Shown: positions 54,872 through 63,723, counted from the first letter of the stretch. The stretch: DNA of 64,000 nucleotides from an uncultured Candidatus Saccharibacteria bacterium (GCA_964652615.1 CAZZAT010000001.1:217886-281885); one strand, 5' to 3'. Notes: generated by a model from the letters alone, not told the origin. Numbers and translations are program-made.

Positions 54872-56401
54872 ATGTCGATAAAACTCATTCTCGCCCTTCT
54901 TGCGCTTTCCGGTCTTGCCGGCATTGCGCTTGGGTACGTGCTCCGCATGCTCATAGCGCTTTCCCAGCGCGGTTCTTTGGAGCTTGAGGTGAAACAAAAG
55001 CTCCTTGAGGCGCGCGAACGCGCAGCCGCTATTGAAAAAGAAGCGGAAGCACGGGCGGACGCGCTTGAAACAGAACGCCTTGCGCCTCTTGAAGAGCGCG
55101 AAGGCAGGCTCGAGGAACGCGAGGAGCGTGTCGGGAAGCGCGAAGAGTTTCTTGATGAGCGCGAGCGCTCTCTTGTCGAGGAAACGGAACGCGTGAAAGT
55201 GCGAGAGAACGAAGCGGGAAACGTAAAGAAGGAAGCAAACGTGGTGCTTGCATCGCAGCGCGAAGAGCTGGTGCGCATTTCAGGACTCTCTGAAGAAGAA
55301 GCGCGAAAGCGCCTTATACAAGAAGTAGAGCGTGCGCATGAAGACGCAGTGCTCTCGCGCATACAAAAGCTTGAGATGAGCGGTAAGGAACGCCTTGCGG
55401 ATAAGGCGCGCTCTATTTTGACGAGTGTCATCCACCGCATGGCAAACGCAGTAAACGCAGATGTTACTACTCTCTCTGTCACTCTCGCTTCTGAAGAGGT
55501 AAAAGGAAAGATTATCGGACGCGAAGGCCGCAATATTAAGGCATTTGAGCGTGCAACAGGCGTCGATGTCATCATTGATGACGCGCCTGACAAAATTACC
55601 CTCTCCTCCTTTGATCCGCTACGCCGCCATATTGCAAAGCTCGCCCTTGAGCGCCTCATGTCTGACGGACGCATCCAGCCTGCAAAGATTGAGGAGGCTG
55701 TCGAGAAAGCAAAAGAAGAGATAGAGGCACTGGTGAAACAAAAAGGCGAGGCTGCTTGTTATGAAATCGGTCTGGTAGGACTTGATCCAAAGCTTGTCAC
55801 GCTTCTAGGACGCCTCCATTTCCGCACAAGCTACGGCCAGAATGTTCTCCAGCATTCTCTTGAGATGGCACACCTTGCGGGAATGCTTGCAGAAGAGCTT
55901 GGTGCTGATGTTGCGGTCGCAAAAGCAGGAGCGCTTCTCCATGACATTGGCAAAGCAGTGGACCATGAAGTATCGGGAACACATGTCGATATCGGGCGGC
56001 GCATACTGCAGAAGTTTGGTATTGATACGCGCATCATCCAAGCAATGCAATCGCATCACGAAGAATATCCATATGAAACGCCGGAGTCGGTCATTGTGCA
56101 GACCGCAGACGCACTCTCTGCAGGACGCCCTGGAGCACGCCGCGATACCGTTGAGCGGTATATAGAACGCCTCACTGACCTTGAACGCCTCGCAAAGAGC
56201 TTTGACGGGGTTGAGAAAGTATATGCACTCTCTGCAGGGCGCGAGATACGCATCTTCGTGAACCCAGGAAAAGTGTCAGACCTTGCGATGCATCATCTTG
56301 CACGCGACATCGCAAAACGCGTCCAAGATGAGCTCAAATACCCAGGAGAAATAAAAGTGAACGTTATTCGGGAGAATAGGGTGGTTGAGTTTGCTCGCTA
56401 A
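54872..56401 (+). CDS. rny: ribonuclease Y
   Basis: 509 aa; N-terminal TM, coiled coil, KH (GKIIGREGRNIKAFE) and HD domain (LLHDIGKAVDHE...). Confidence 0.9.
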   Translation: MSIKLILALLALSGLAGIALGYVLRMLIALSQRGSLELEVKQKLLEARERAAAIEKEAEARADALETERLAPLEEREGRLEEREERVGKREEFLDERERSLVEETERVKVRENEAGNVKKEANVVLASQREELVRISGLSEEEARKRLIQEVERAHEDAVLSRIQKLEMSGKERLADKARSILTSVIHRMANAVNADVTTLSVTLASEEVKGKIIGREGRNIKAFERATGVDVIIDDAPDKITLSSFDPLRRHIAKLALERLMSDGRIQPAKIEEAVEKAKEEIEALVKQKGEAACYEIGLVGLDPKLVTLLGRLHFRTSYGQNVLQHSLEMAHLAGMLAEELGADVAVAKAGALLHDIGKAVDHEVSGTHVDIGRRILQKFGIDTRIIQAMQSHHEEYPYETPESVIVQTADALSAGRPGARRDTVERYIERLTDLERLAKSFDGVEKVYALSAGREIRIFVNPGKVSDLAMHHLARDIAKRVQDELKYPGEIKVNVIRENRVVEFAR

Positions 56402-56524
56402 AAGGGTATTTCGACACTGTCCACGCCTTTTGACAAGGGGTCTTGCAGCCTACAGCCTATTTCCTATACTTTTTGTATCCCCCACGCCTTTGGCGACCGA
56501 GGGAGTATCCACTTACACATACAC

Positions 56525-56797
56525 ATGAACAAAGCTGACATCATCAACAAAGTCCATGGCGTCCTCGGCACCACTAAGGCAGACGCAGAACGTGCCGTCG
56601 AAACCTTTATTGGGTGCGTTACCGACTCCCTAAAGAGCGGTGAGGAAGTTTCGGTAGCGGGTCTTGGCATCTTCGTTGCAAAGGCTCGCCCTGCTCGCAC
56701 AGGACGAAACCCGCGCACCGGTGAAACCATCCGTATCGCAGCTACGCGCACCCCTAAGTTCCGCCCTGCAAAGGCGCTCAAGGACGCAGTGAAATAA
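56525..56797 (+). CDS. hup: DNA-binding protein HU
   Basis: 90 aa; MNKADIINKV...GLGIFVAKARPARTGRNPRTGETIRIAATRTPKFRPAKALKDAV. Confidence 0.9.
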   Translation: MNKADIINKVHGVLGTTKADAERAVETFIGCVTDSLKSGEEVSVAGLGIFVAKARPARTGRNPRTGETIRIAATRTPKFRPAKALKDAVK

Positions 56798-56809
56798 TTG
56801 TTCTGGAAA

Positions 56810-56848
56810 AGAAAAACCCCGCGGCAAAACCGCGGGGTTTTTCTTTTC
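56810..56848. terminator. bidirectional rho-independent terminator
   Basis: aaaaaccccgcgg-caaaa-ccgcggggttttt. Confidence 0.7.
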
Positions 56849-56852
56849 CGTT

Positions 56853-58010
56853 CTAGAGATACCCGAGAGCTTCGTCGATAAGATCAAGAGCTTCTTCAGC
56901 ATGCTCAATCGCTTCGTCGTAATCCTCATCATCGAATGCATCCCACGCATCCTCTATTTCGTCTTCCGCATCCTCGAGCGCATCTTCAGCTTTGCTCTTC
57001 GCTGTCTTCGAAGCACTTGAGTCATCAAGGTCCTCGTATGCGTCCTCAAGCTCCTTTTCCGCATCTTCGATAGCTTCTTCGGCATCATCTTCGTCCCCAT
57101 TGTTGTTACTGTCTGCGCCCACCTCATCGAGGGCATCGTTCACAAGATCCATAGCCTCGTCGGTAAGATCCATGACCTCATCGAAGTCTTCATCGTCGAG
57201 CGCATCTTCTGCGTCTTCAAGGAGATCGCGCGCTTCATCGAGAAGGTCGTTTGCCTCATCGATTTCACTCTCGGTAGCGTCCCCCTCCGCATCATCGACT
57301 TCGTCCTGTGCGTCGTCGATAGCGTCTTCAAGGTCATCGATAGCGTCTTCTGCGTCGCTCTCATCCGCGTCGTCGCTGCCGCCCCCTACCTCGTCCATAG
57401 CGTCCTCTGCAGAGAGTTCTGCGCTTCGTGCAAGCGAGGTAGCAGCGGTGAGGTTTGCGTTTAGAAACGCGGTCATTGCGTCGAAGAGGTCGTTTCGTGC
57501 GTCTTCGAGGTAGTCATCGGCGCTTCCCGTATCTTCCCTATCATCTTCAGCGTCCTCAAAGTCGCTCACTGCACGTTCGTACGCACTAATCGCATCAAGA
57601 ATCGCTGTACGCGCTGCGGCAGCTGCGCTTGTTGATGAGGGCGTTGATGGTGTGGTTGGTGTGGGAACAGTGGTTCCGCCACCAGCAAATGCTGCACGAG
57701 AGAGGGGTCCAAACGTTCCCGTTGGCGTAATTCCCTTTGCAGTCTGCCACTTCTTTACTGCTGCTGCGGTAAGGGTCTGATATTGGTTCGTTTCGCTTCC
57801 TGGAGAACCTACACCTGAAGCGGCAATGGTGTAGCCATTTGCGTTGAGATAACGCTGTAGGCAGCGCACATCCTCTCCTACAACACCCAATACAAGATCG
57901 CGGGTGAAACTGCAGGTGGTTTGTGCAGAAGCACTACCCGGAACAAGGAGTGCTAGTGCAAAAGCGGATGCTAGTGCAAGTACTCCGAGGTTTCTAAAAG
58001 ATAGAGTCAT
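56853..58010 (-). CDS. secreted protein: N-terminal PG_binding_1-like domain, then a ~250-aa Asp/Glu/Ala low-complexity repeat tail
   Basis: Signal peptide MTLSFRNLGVLALASAFALALLVPGSASA. ...GEDVRCLQRYLNANGY...TGTFGPLSRAAF is peptidoglycan-binding-like. Rest DAEDAIDDLEDAIDDAQDEVDD... repeats. Confidence 0.65.
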   Translation of the reverse strand: MTLSFRNLGVLALASAFALALLVPGSASAQTTCSFTRDLVLGVVGEDVRCLQRYLNANGYTIAASGVGSPGSETNQYQTLTAAAVKKWQTAKGITPTGTFGPLSRAAFAGGGTTVPTPTTPSTPSSTSAAAAARTAILDAISAYERAVSDFEDAEDDREDTGSADDYLEDARNDLFDAMTAFLNANLTAATSLARSAELSAEDAMDEVGGGSDDADESDAEDAIDDLEDAIDDAQDEVDDAEGDATESEIDEANDLLDEARDLLEDAEDALDDEDFDEVMDLTDEAMDLVNDALDEVGADSNNNGDEDDAEEAIEDAEKELEDAYEDLDDSSASKTAKSKAEDALEDAEDEIEDAWDAFDDEDYDEAIEHAEEALDLIDEALGYL

Positions 58011-58138
58011 GGTGAAACGTACATTAGGAAATAAAGCGCACCGACGTATACCTAAACGATACCACGGTCGGTAGATGACAGGGGTGTGCAGAAAAGCGCT
58101 ATCTGATACTGTGATGCTCTAGAGACTAGGAGCTACCC

Positions 58139-58288
58139 ATGTTCAGTTTGATTCAAGTGCTCGGCATCTCTTTGTTTTGCTCTTTAGGCGCTTTCGGCAT
58201 TGGAGCCGTGTTTGGCAAGTATTTGGGCCGAAAGGAAATAACGAAACTGCGACGGAATCGCTATAGCCATCACTCTGGCTATTCTTAA
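58139..58288 (+). CDS. 49-aa small membrane protein (below track cutoff)
   Basis: AGGAG RBS 6 nt upstream; MFSLIQVLGISLFCSLGAFGIGAVFGKYLGRKEITKLRRNRYSHHSGYS. Confidence 0.35.
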   Translation: MFSLIQVLGISLFCSLGAFGIGAVFGKYLGRKEITKLRRNRYSHHSGYS

Positions 58289-58339
58289 GCAGGAGGCCGA
58301 AACCGGAAACAGGAGTAGGCTTTTCTCTTTTACCAATAG

Positions 58340-58369
58340 TCAGTCTTCTGAATTAGCATGGCAGTGTGC
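58340..58369. repeat. 30-nt direct repeat copy A (27/30 identical to 60719-60748)
   Basis: tcagtcttctgaattagcatggcagtgtgc versus tcagtctcctgaaatagcatgacagtgtgc at the tRNA-Gly(UCC) 3' end. Confidence 0.55.
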
Positions 58370-58404
58370 CCCACCCCAGTCTGGAACTGGGTAGAGTGGG
58401 GCAC
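58366..58404 (-). other. tRNA-3'-half-like hairpin (9-bp stem, 5-bp inner stem, 7-nt loop), possible tRNA remnant / att-site remnant
   Basis: Minus reading GTGCCCCAC-tcta-CCCAG-TTCCAGA-CTGGG-GTGGGGCAC. It is followed by the same trailer that follows tRNA-Gly(UCC). Confidence 0.4.
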
Positions 58405-58454
58405 TTCAAGGGTTCTTTGCTGGAGTTTCAGAGTCTAAGATGAGGCATCTCGGT

Positions 58455-59360
58455 CTACTCTTTCATCTCGATAATAAGTGCAATCTGCGGATTCTGATTG
58501 CCTTGAAACAGCGCTGCACCGAATCGGACAGATATGCGGGGATCATTTATTTCAAGGGCTCGCTGAAGCTGCTGAGCTTTTTCATCTTCGGGGCTCTGTG
58601 CAAGCGTTTCGCGAGCAAGTGTCTTTAGATCTTGCTCCTGCACTTCTAAATTCAAATGTTCGTCCAGAAGAGAGGGTGCGATCCGAGGATTAGCAAACGC
58701 CTGTTGCATCAGCTTTTCATACTTTTCTTGTTTTCTCGTCTTAGGAAGACGCGCTTCGACTTGTCCTGATTGTGCCCGGAATCGTAAAGAAAGCGGAGAA
58801 AATGCTAATAAAAGTCCTGCCTGCTCCTCTTCTGTTTCTGGGATAGGAATTCCCATTGCTTCCGAAGCAGCAGTAAGACGAACTTGGGTGCGTTCGGTAT
58901 GCTCCTCTTCAGTCGCGCCCTTATCAAACCCTAGTGGATGAGATTCTTCCCATTCGATCATTCTTCGTGCCCGTAAGCTGACAGGCTCATGCTCAAGAGC
59001 GAAATTGTGAAAGGAAAGGTTCGGAGTGAGAGGTTTACTAAACTCTGGGACTTTCAATCTTATTTTTGCAACGGCATGTAGCGCACCATTTTCTTCATAA
59101 AGAATCGGTTCAGCAACTACAGCTCCAAATGAAGGATGAATAAACTCATGCAACTCTGGATCCGCTCCTTCTTTTTCAGAAATATTGCGTACCCAAACAT
59201 TAGAACCGCTCAGTCCAAGAGGGCCGTGATAGATATGTATGCCGTCGGCTGTGTTTCTTCCACTACCTAAGTTCGCAGCGAGTTGATTGAGGGCAGCAGC
59301 GCCTGGAGCTTCTTCTTTGGCTACGGTCTGGGAAAGACGTTCTGCCCTATGCGGTCTCAT
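58455..59360 (-). CDS. hypothetical 301-aa protein (islet gene 2)
   Basis: Long ORF, no motif recognised; AT-richer. Confidence 0.45.
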   Translation of the reverse strand: MRPHRAERLSQTVAKEEAPGAAALNQLAANLGSGRNTADGIHIYHGPLGLSGSNVWVRNISEKEGADPELHEFIHPSFGAVVAEPILYEENGALHAVAKIRLKVPEFSKPLTPNLSFHNFALEHEPVSLRARRMIEWEESHPLGFDKGATEEEHTERTQVRLTAASEAMGIPIPETEEEQAGLLLAFSPLSLRFRAQSGQVEARLPKTRKQEKYEKLMQQAFANPRIAPSLLDEHLNLEVQEQDLKTLARETLAQSPEDEKAQQLQRALEINDPRISVRFGAALFQGNQNPQIALIIEMKE

Positions 59361-59502
59361 GGCTATATATTACCTTGGACTTCTAAGACTATTGAAGGCC
59401 AGCCAACAACCCATCTCAGTCACTTGAACTAGCACTAGAGGGTGCGGTCTCTCATAATCGAACCGTCTCGGTCGCCCTAGAGCCGTCCCTAGGAAATTAA
59501 CC

Positions 59503-60327
59503 TTATTTCCTAACAAAGAAGTTCTTACCAAGGGTCGCTTTTAGCTCACGTGCCTTCCGACTATTTCTACTGATCTTTATCTTGTGCCGAGCCTTAGCGG
59601 TAAGGAGGTTTTTCAACTTCCCGACAGAATCGGTGTCTTTCTCAGTTGCCGATGTATAGATGTCATTTACTTGTTCTGCAATTTCCGGGTCGAGAGTGAC
59701 TTCGGTCACATAATTCCCTATAACCACTACATAGTAATTATCGTTCTTGAGAGGGTTTCCTAAATGGTACTGACGTAAGTCGTCAGAAAAGTCTTCCTTC
59801 AAGGCCTTATCCAACGGAGACGCCCCGCCAACCGTCATGAGGAACTGTCGTCCTGAAGCAACAATATCTGAAACAAGTTTTTGCTCAGTATCTGGTCGAG
59901 CAATATAGAACCAGTAATGCGGGTCATATGAATACACCGCTTCCGACACAGACGTTTGTGAAATAAGCACGTTTTGGCTATGTCCCCAGAACGTATCGAG
60001 GTGCTGAGTATTCGCGAAACGATAGGAGATACTTTCTCCCTCTCGAAGACCAAGAAAGCCTATATCGTCTCCTGCAAGGTAGGCACTTTGCATTTCGCGT
60101 ACACGATCATTCATCCGCTGTATCCAAGCAGTATTTATAGAAACCGAACCTTTGTATACGACGATGGTCTCATCTGCCTTGAGCTTGCGGAGCGCGGCAT
60201 AGAACCCCTGTTTAGTTACCGAAAGACTTGCGCTCACTTCTCCAAGTAAGGAGGTGGTGGTTTTTGGTCCTGCCCTTAAACCAGCCAGTATGTGCTCCTC
60301 AATGGTCTTAGGGATAAGGAAGCTCAT
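59503..60327 (-). CDS. hypothetical 274-aa protein with N-terminal winged-helix-like region (islet gene 1)
   Basis: ...TTTSLLGEVSASLSVTKQGFYAALRKLKADETIVVYKG... is wHTH-like; the remainder is unknown. Confidence 0.45.
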   Translation of the reverse strand: MSFLIPKTIEEHILAGLRAGPKTTTSLLGEVSASLSVTKQGFYAALRKLKADETIVVYKGSVSINTAWIQRMNDRVREMQSAYLAGDDIGFLGLREGESISYRFANTQHLDTFWGHSQNVLISQTSVSEAVYSYDPHYWFYIARPDTEQKLVSDIVASGRQFLMTVGGASPLDKALKEDFSDDLRQYHLGNPLKNDNYYVVVIGNYVTEVTLDPEIAEQVNDIYTSATEKDTDSVGKLKNLLTAKARHKIKISRNSRKARELKATLGKNFFVRK

Positions 60328-60443
60328 GGGTTTTAGTATATAAAGTAAATTTATATTTTACTATATGTAGTATTTATATACTTATTTTGATATTTGTCAA
60401 TAATTTCTGCATACTTTGCCCAGGCAGAACAAAGGAGGTAGTC

Positions 60444-60638
60444 ATGTTCCGCACGGTATTGCTCACGATCAACTGGGGTTCGCTCATTCTTTTCTATCTG
60501 CTCTTCGTGGGAATGTTCTGGTTCCCATGGCTCTCTGGAGTAGGCCTCTGTGTTGGATTATTCATTTACCTGCCATCAGAGATGATTAGAAAATTCCGTC
60601 GAATCCCTGAAATTGGTCATAAAGAATACCTCTGGTGA
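60444..60638 (+). CDS. 64-aa two-TM membrane protein
   Basis: AAAGGAGG RBS then ATG (MFRTVLLTINWGSLILFYLLFVGMFWFPWLSGVG...). A terminator follows. Confidence 0.4.
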   Translation: MFRTVLLTINWGSLILFYLLFVGMFWFPWLSGVGLCVGLFIYLPSEMIRKFRRIPEIGHKEYLW

Positions 60639-60641
60639 ACC

Positions 60642-60675
60642 TCAGCCCCGCGCCGCAATGCGCGGGGCTTTTGAT
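60642..60675 (+). terminator. rho-independent terminator
   Basis: agccccgcg-ccgcaatg-cgcggggct plus TTTT. Confidence 0.65.
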
Positions 60676-60718
60676 TATTTAGCGGAGGGACTTAGGTCGC
60701 CCTAGAACCATAGGTATC

Positions 60719-60748
60719 TCAGTCTCCTGAAATAGCATGACAGTGTGC
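60719..60748. repeat. 30-nt direct repeat copy B (overlaps the last 3 nt of tRNA-Gly and its 3' trailer)
   Basis: See copy A. Confidence 0.55.
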
Positions 60749-60816
60749 GGGATAGGAGAATCGAACTCCTACATCGAACTTGGAAGGTTCGTGTTCTACC
60801 ATTAAACTAATCCCGC
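60746..60816 (-). tRNA. tRNA-Gly (anticodon UCC)
   Basis: Manual fold: acceptor GCGGGAT/ATCCCGC, D-arm GTTT-AATGGTA-GAAC, anticodon arm CGAAC-CTTCCAA-GTTCG, T-arm AGGAG-TTCGATT-CTCCT, discriminator A. CCA not encoded. Confidence 0.85.
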
Positions 60817-60817
60817 C

Positions 60818-61486
60818 TTAAATACTACTTAACACTATTTCGTTCCACGCTTGAACCTTTCTAAACAATGCGACCCCATGCTTTGGATTGCCCTTGCTTC
60901 GAAGCGAAAGATAGAGAGTGCCATATGGCAACTTCCCTGCCTTTTTATACTTCTTATCTGTCCGTATATCAACATAGGTCTTCTGGAACTGTTGTATGGG
61001 GATTCCCAAGCTCTTAGACCAAAAACTAATACACTCCGGAATATCATTGTCCGGATAGAGATGAACCCTTGCAGAAAATTGATGTGTTTCTGCTCCCATA
61101 CTCTTAAACCATGCAATCGCGGCACGAAGAAGACGAGGATCGGCATTCGCTATATTCAGAGTAGTTTGTGTTTTCGCACCTTCCCCAAGATACAAACCTA
61201 GACCAAACATAAATACATCCCGGCGACTGACGTTTCCTATTTCAATGCGTGCCTCCTTTCGTGCTACATCGAGAGCTTGTTGCCGCATCTGCGCCCTTCG
61301 CTTCCCCGCCGCCGCTCGGGCTTTTCCGAAAGCGGCTATAGTGCTTGCGTTCGGTGTGTATGGAATTTCTGTAAGCCACCCACTCAAGGTACTTTTTGAG
61401 AGGCCTGTAACGCTAGATATGTGCGTATACGAATACCCTTCTTTCCTGAGTCGTAGCGCTTCTGTACGAGTCTTTGTCCCGTGCAT
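60818..61486 (-). CDS. HTH-containing protein with a single LAGLIDADG-like motif (candidate homing-endonuclease-like protein)
   Basis: 222 aa; N-terminal HTH (ALRLRKEGYSYTHISSVTGLSKSTLSGWL). FMFGLGLYLGEGAK resembles a LAGLIDADG block. Stop is 2 nt from the tRNA-Gly 5' end. Confidence 0.45.
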   Translation of the reverse strand: MHGTKTRTEALRLRKEGYSYTHISSVTGLSKSTLSGWLTEIPYTPNASTIAAFGKARAAAGKRRAQMRQQALDVARKEARIEIGNVSRRDVFMFGLGLYLGEGAKTQTTLNIANADPRLLRAAIAWFKSMGAETHQFSARVHLYPDNDIPECISFWSKSLGIPIQQFQKTYVDIRTDKKYKKAGKLPYGTLYLSLRSKGNPKHGVALFRKVQAWNEIVLSSI

Positions 61487-61589
61487 ATGTAGAAATAGTA
61501 AACGTACAGATACAGGTCTACTGTCCGATTATCAACAGAAGGTACACAAGTTCCGTGCGTTTTGGCTACTTTGGATGTAGCGTACTGGT

Positions 61590-62792
61590 ATGTTCCAGCA
61601 AATCTTCGTGGTAGGCGCCGCGCTCTTCCTTGGCGTGTGGTCGACTGTTGTTGACCGCTACCACGAATTCCGCGGCATTCCTCAAGCGTCTATAGAGGAA
61701 GTAACGCTTGCAGAGCCCCAAACTCCTACCCCATTCGAGCTTGTGGTTGAAGATATTGTAAAAAACGCGTCATCAACACCGCCTGTTTCTCTTCCCGCAA
61801 CAACAAGCATACCGGTAGCGCCAAGCATTCCAGCCGGACCAGTAAAACCAACGCCACCTCCCTCGCCTTTTGTTCCTCTTCCTGTACCAACACCACCCGT
61901 GGTTATTACTCCCGTACCTATCGTTCCTGAAAGACCAGTGCTCCCTCAAGTGGACGCTGAACTTTCAGACGAAGCACTCTTGAAAGCAGCTATCGTAAAC
62001 ATTATTTGCCTTCAAAGCGGCGGTTTGAAGGGAACCTCCGGAACAGGCGTTATTGTGGACCCACGAGGCATCGTCCTTACGGTTGCACATGTAGGGCAGA
62101 ACTTCCTTCTTCGCGACTATCCCGAAGAAAATTCAGGTTCCTGCTACATACGCACCGGAAGTCCTGCACGAAATGCGTATTCTGCAGAGCTTGTGTACCT
62201 GTCTCCTTCATGGATAGAAGAGAATGAAACAACGTTCCTCGACTCAAGGCCGCGCGGAACAGGAGAGCATGACTTTGCCTTTGTTGCTATCACCGGAACC
62301 ATAACTTCAACCCCCCTTCCTTCACGCTTCTCGTATATTCCTCTCTCCCCCGCTGGTGCAGATATAGACATAGGGGACCGCGTAGGCACGGGAAGCTATG
62401 CTGCTGAATTTCTTACCTCGTCCCAGGTGCGCTCTGCCCTCTATCCGACCATAAAGTTCGCAGAAATAGATGATGTGTATACCTTCGACCGCAATACCGT
62501 CGATATCTTCTCTGTCGCCGCAGGATCTGCAGCACAAGAAGGCTCTTCAGGGGGCGCAGTTATCAATCGCGATGACTATCTCGTCGGCGTTATCACCACG
62601 CGCACCGTAAAGACAGATCTTGCTCTGCGTACCCTCCAAGCACTCACCATGGATCATTTGCGCCAGAGTTTCCGCAGCGATATGGGTGAAAACCTCGATG
62701 CTTATCTAAAGCAAGACTTCCCCACCCTTATACGACGCTTCCAAGGAACTGCCGCTGAACTGCAAGATACTCTTTTCGAAGCGCTTCGTTGA
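61590..62792 (+). CDS. membrane-anchored trypsin-like (S1 family) serine protease with Pro-rich linker
   Basis: N-terminal TM. VLTVAHVG (His), GSSGGAVI (Ser of GDSGG-type), Pro-rich PVKPTPPPSPFVPLPVPTPP. Confidence 0.7.
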   Translation: MFQQIFVVGAALFLGVWSTVVDRYHEFRGIPQASIEEVTLAEPQTPTPFELVVEDIVKNASSTPPVSLPATTSIPVAPSIPAGPVKPTPPPSPFVPLPVPTPPVVITPVPIVPERPVLPQVDAELSDEALLKAAIVNIICLQSGGLKGTSGTGVIVDPRGIVLTVAHVGQNFLLRDYPEENSGSCYIRTGSPARNAYSAELVYLSPSWIEENETTFLDSRPRGTGEHDFAFVAITGTITSTPLPSRFSYIPLSPAGADIDIGDRVGTGSYAAEFLTSSQVRSALYPTIKFAEIDDVYTFDRNTVDIFSVAAGSAAQEGSSGGAVINRDDYLVGVITTRTVKTDLALRTLQALTMDHLRQSFRSDMGENLDAYLKQDFPTLIRRFQGTAAELQDTLFEALR

Positions 62793-62850
62793 CATTAAAT
62801 ATACGTGTGTTAATCTCGCACAACCTCAATAGCAACGAAAGAGGTGTTCG

Positions 62851-63225
62851 ATGAGTACAGAAAAGACTGCGGTTGATCTTCATGTGGGCAAACGCCTGCG
62901 GCGGAGACGCCGGCTCCTCGGCCTCACCCAGCAGCAGCTTGGTGAAGCGGTGGGACTAAAGTTCCAACAGATTCAAAAATACGAGGCAGCGGATAACCGC
63001 ATTGTGCCTGCGAAACTCTACGCTCTTGCTGTCGCGCTAAATATCCCCATCAGCTACTTCTTCGAGGGACTTCAAACTCCTCAAGGAAATTCTGACTCGT
63101 CTCGGGAAAAGATCGCTTCGGAAGAAGAAGCGGACGAGTTGATAAGCGGGTATCTCGCTCTCTCCGAGCGCTCTCGAAGGAAGCTCCGTGAGCTTCTGAA
63201 GGAACTCAAGCAGAACGGGTCATAA
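62851..63225 (+). CDS. XRE-family helix-turn-helix transcriptional regulator
   Basis: LLGLTQQQLGEAVGLKFQQIQKYEAADNR is a Cro/C1-type HTH. Confidence 0.7.
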   Translation: MSTEKTAVDLHVGKRLRRRRRLLGLTQQQLGEAVGLKFQQIQKYEAADNRIVPAKLYALAVALNIPISYFFEGLQTPQGNSDSSREKIASEEEADELISGYLALSERSRRKLRELLKELKQNGS

Positions 63226-63231
63226 AACGGC

Positions 63232-63274
63232 CACCCGCCAGTGTTCGCATAGCGAACACTGGCGGGTTTTTCTA
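63232..63274 (+). terminator. rho-independent terminator
   Basis: cccgccagtgttcgc-at-agcgaacactggcggg plus TTTTTCT. Confidence 0.65.
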
Positions 63275-63286
63275 TTCAGTCCTTTG

Positions 63287-63357
63287 TCGGGGCGCGGAGA
63301 ATCGAACTCCGTCATCTTGCTCCCAAAGCAAGCGTACTACCGGTATACGACGCCCCG
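63287..63357 (-). tRNA. tRNA-Pro (anticodon UGG)
   Basis: Manual fold: acceptor CGGGGCG/CGCCCCG, D-arm GTAT-ACCGGTA-GTAC, anticodon arm CTTGC-TTTGGGA-GCAAG, T-arm CGGAG-TTCGATT-CTCCG, discriminator A. Confidence 0.8.
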
Positions 63358-63617
63358 ACAAAACACTTAATAGCGGCCTGAATACTGTAGCAGGCTACAC
63401 TATTTGGCTTAAATATTCTATTGGTGCGGCCGGTATAAGGTGGGAGAGGTTTCTTGGACGCTCGTTACGTGTATGTACGTGTCTTTGTCCGTGCAGCACT
63501 GACTTATACCTGCCAACCCTCTATATACAGGATATTTTACTTACTTCTCTCTGGACAATTTCCTGTCTTTTGTCCTTTATCCCCACTATTAACACCTTTA
63601 TCCACTACTGTCCTAAA

Positions 63618-63646
63618 GCAAAACCGGCCCAGAAGGCCGGTTTTGC
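63618..63646 (-). terminator. terminator hairpin downstream of tRNA-Gly(GCC)
   Basis: ccggcc-cagaa-ggccgg with flanking A/T runs. Confidence 0.55.
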
Positions 63647-63649
63647 TGT

Positions 63650-63723
63650 TGGTGCGGCTAGAGAGAATCGAACTCTCGACTGCAACTTGGCAAGCTGCCG
63701 TTTTACCACTAAACCATAGCCGC
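63650..63723 (-). tRNA. tRNA-Gly (anticodon GCC), CCA encoded
   Basis: Manual fold: acceptor GCGGCTA/TAGCCGC, D-arm GTTT-AGTGGTA-AAAC, anticodon arm GCAGC-TTGCCAA-GTTGC, T-arm GAGAG-TTCGATT-CTCTC, then ACCA. Confidence 0.85.

Noticed and set aside
58366-58404. Hairpin as a functional armless tRNA (anticodon-loop-like TTCCAGA = CCA/Trp)
   Set aside because: It lacks D and T arms and any CCA context. It is more parsimoniously a decayed copy of the tRNA-Gly 3' half or a terminator.
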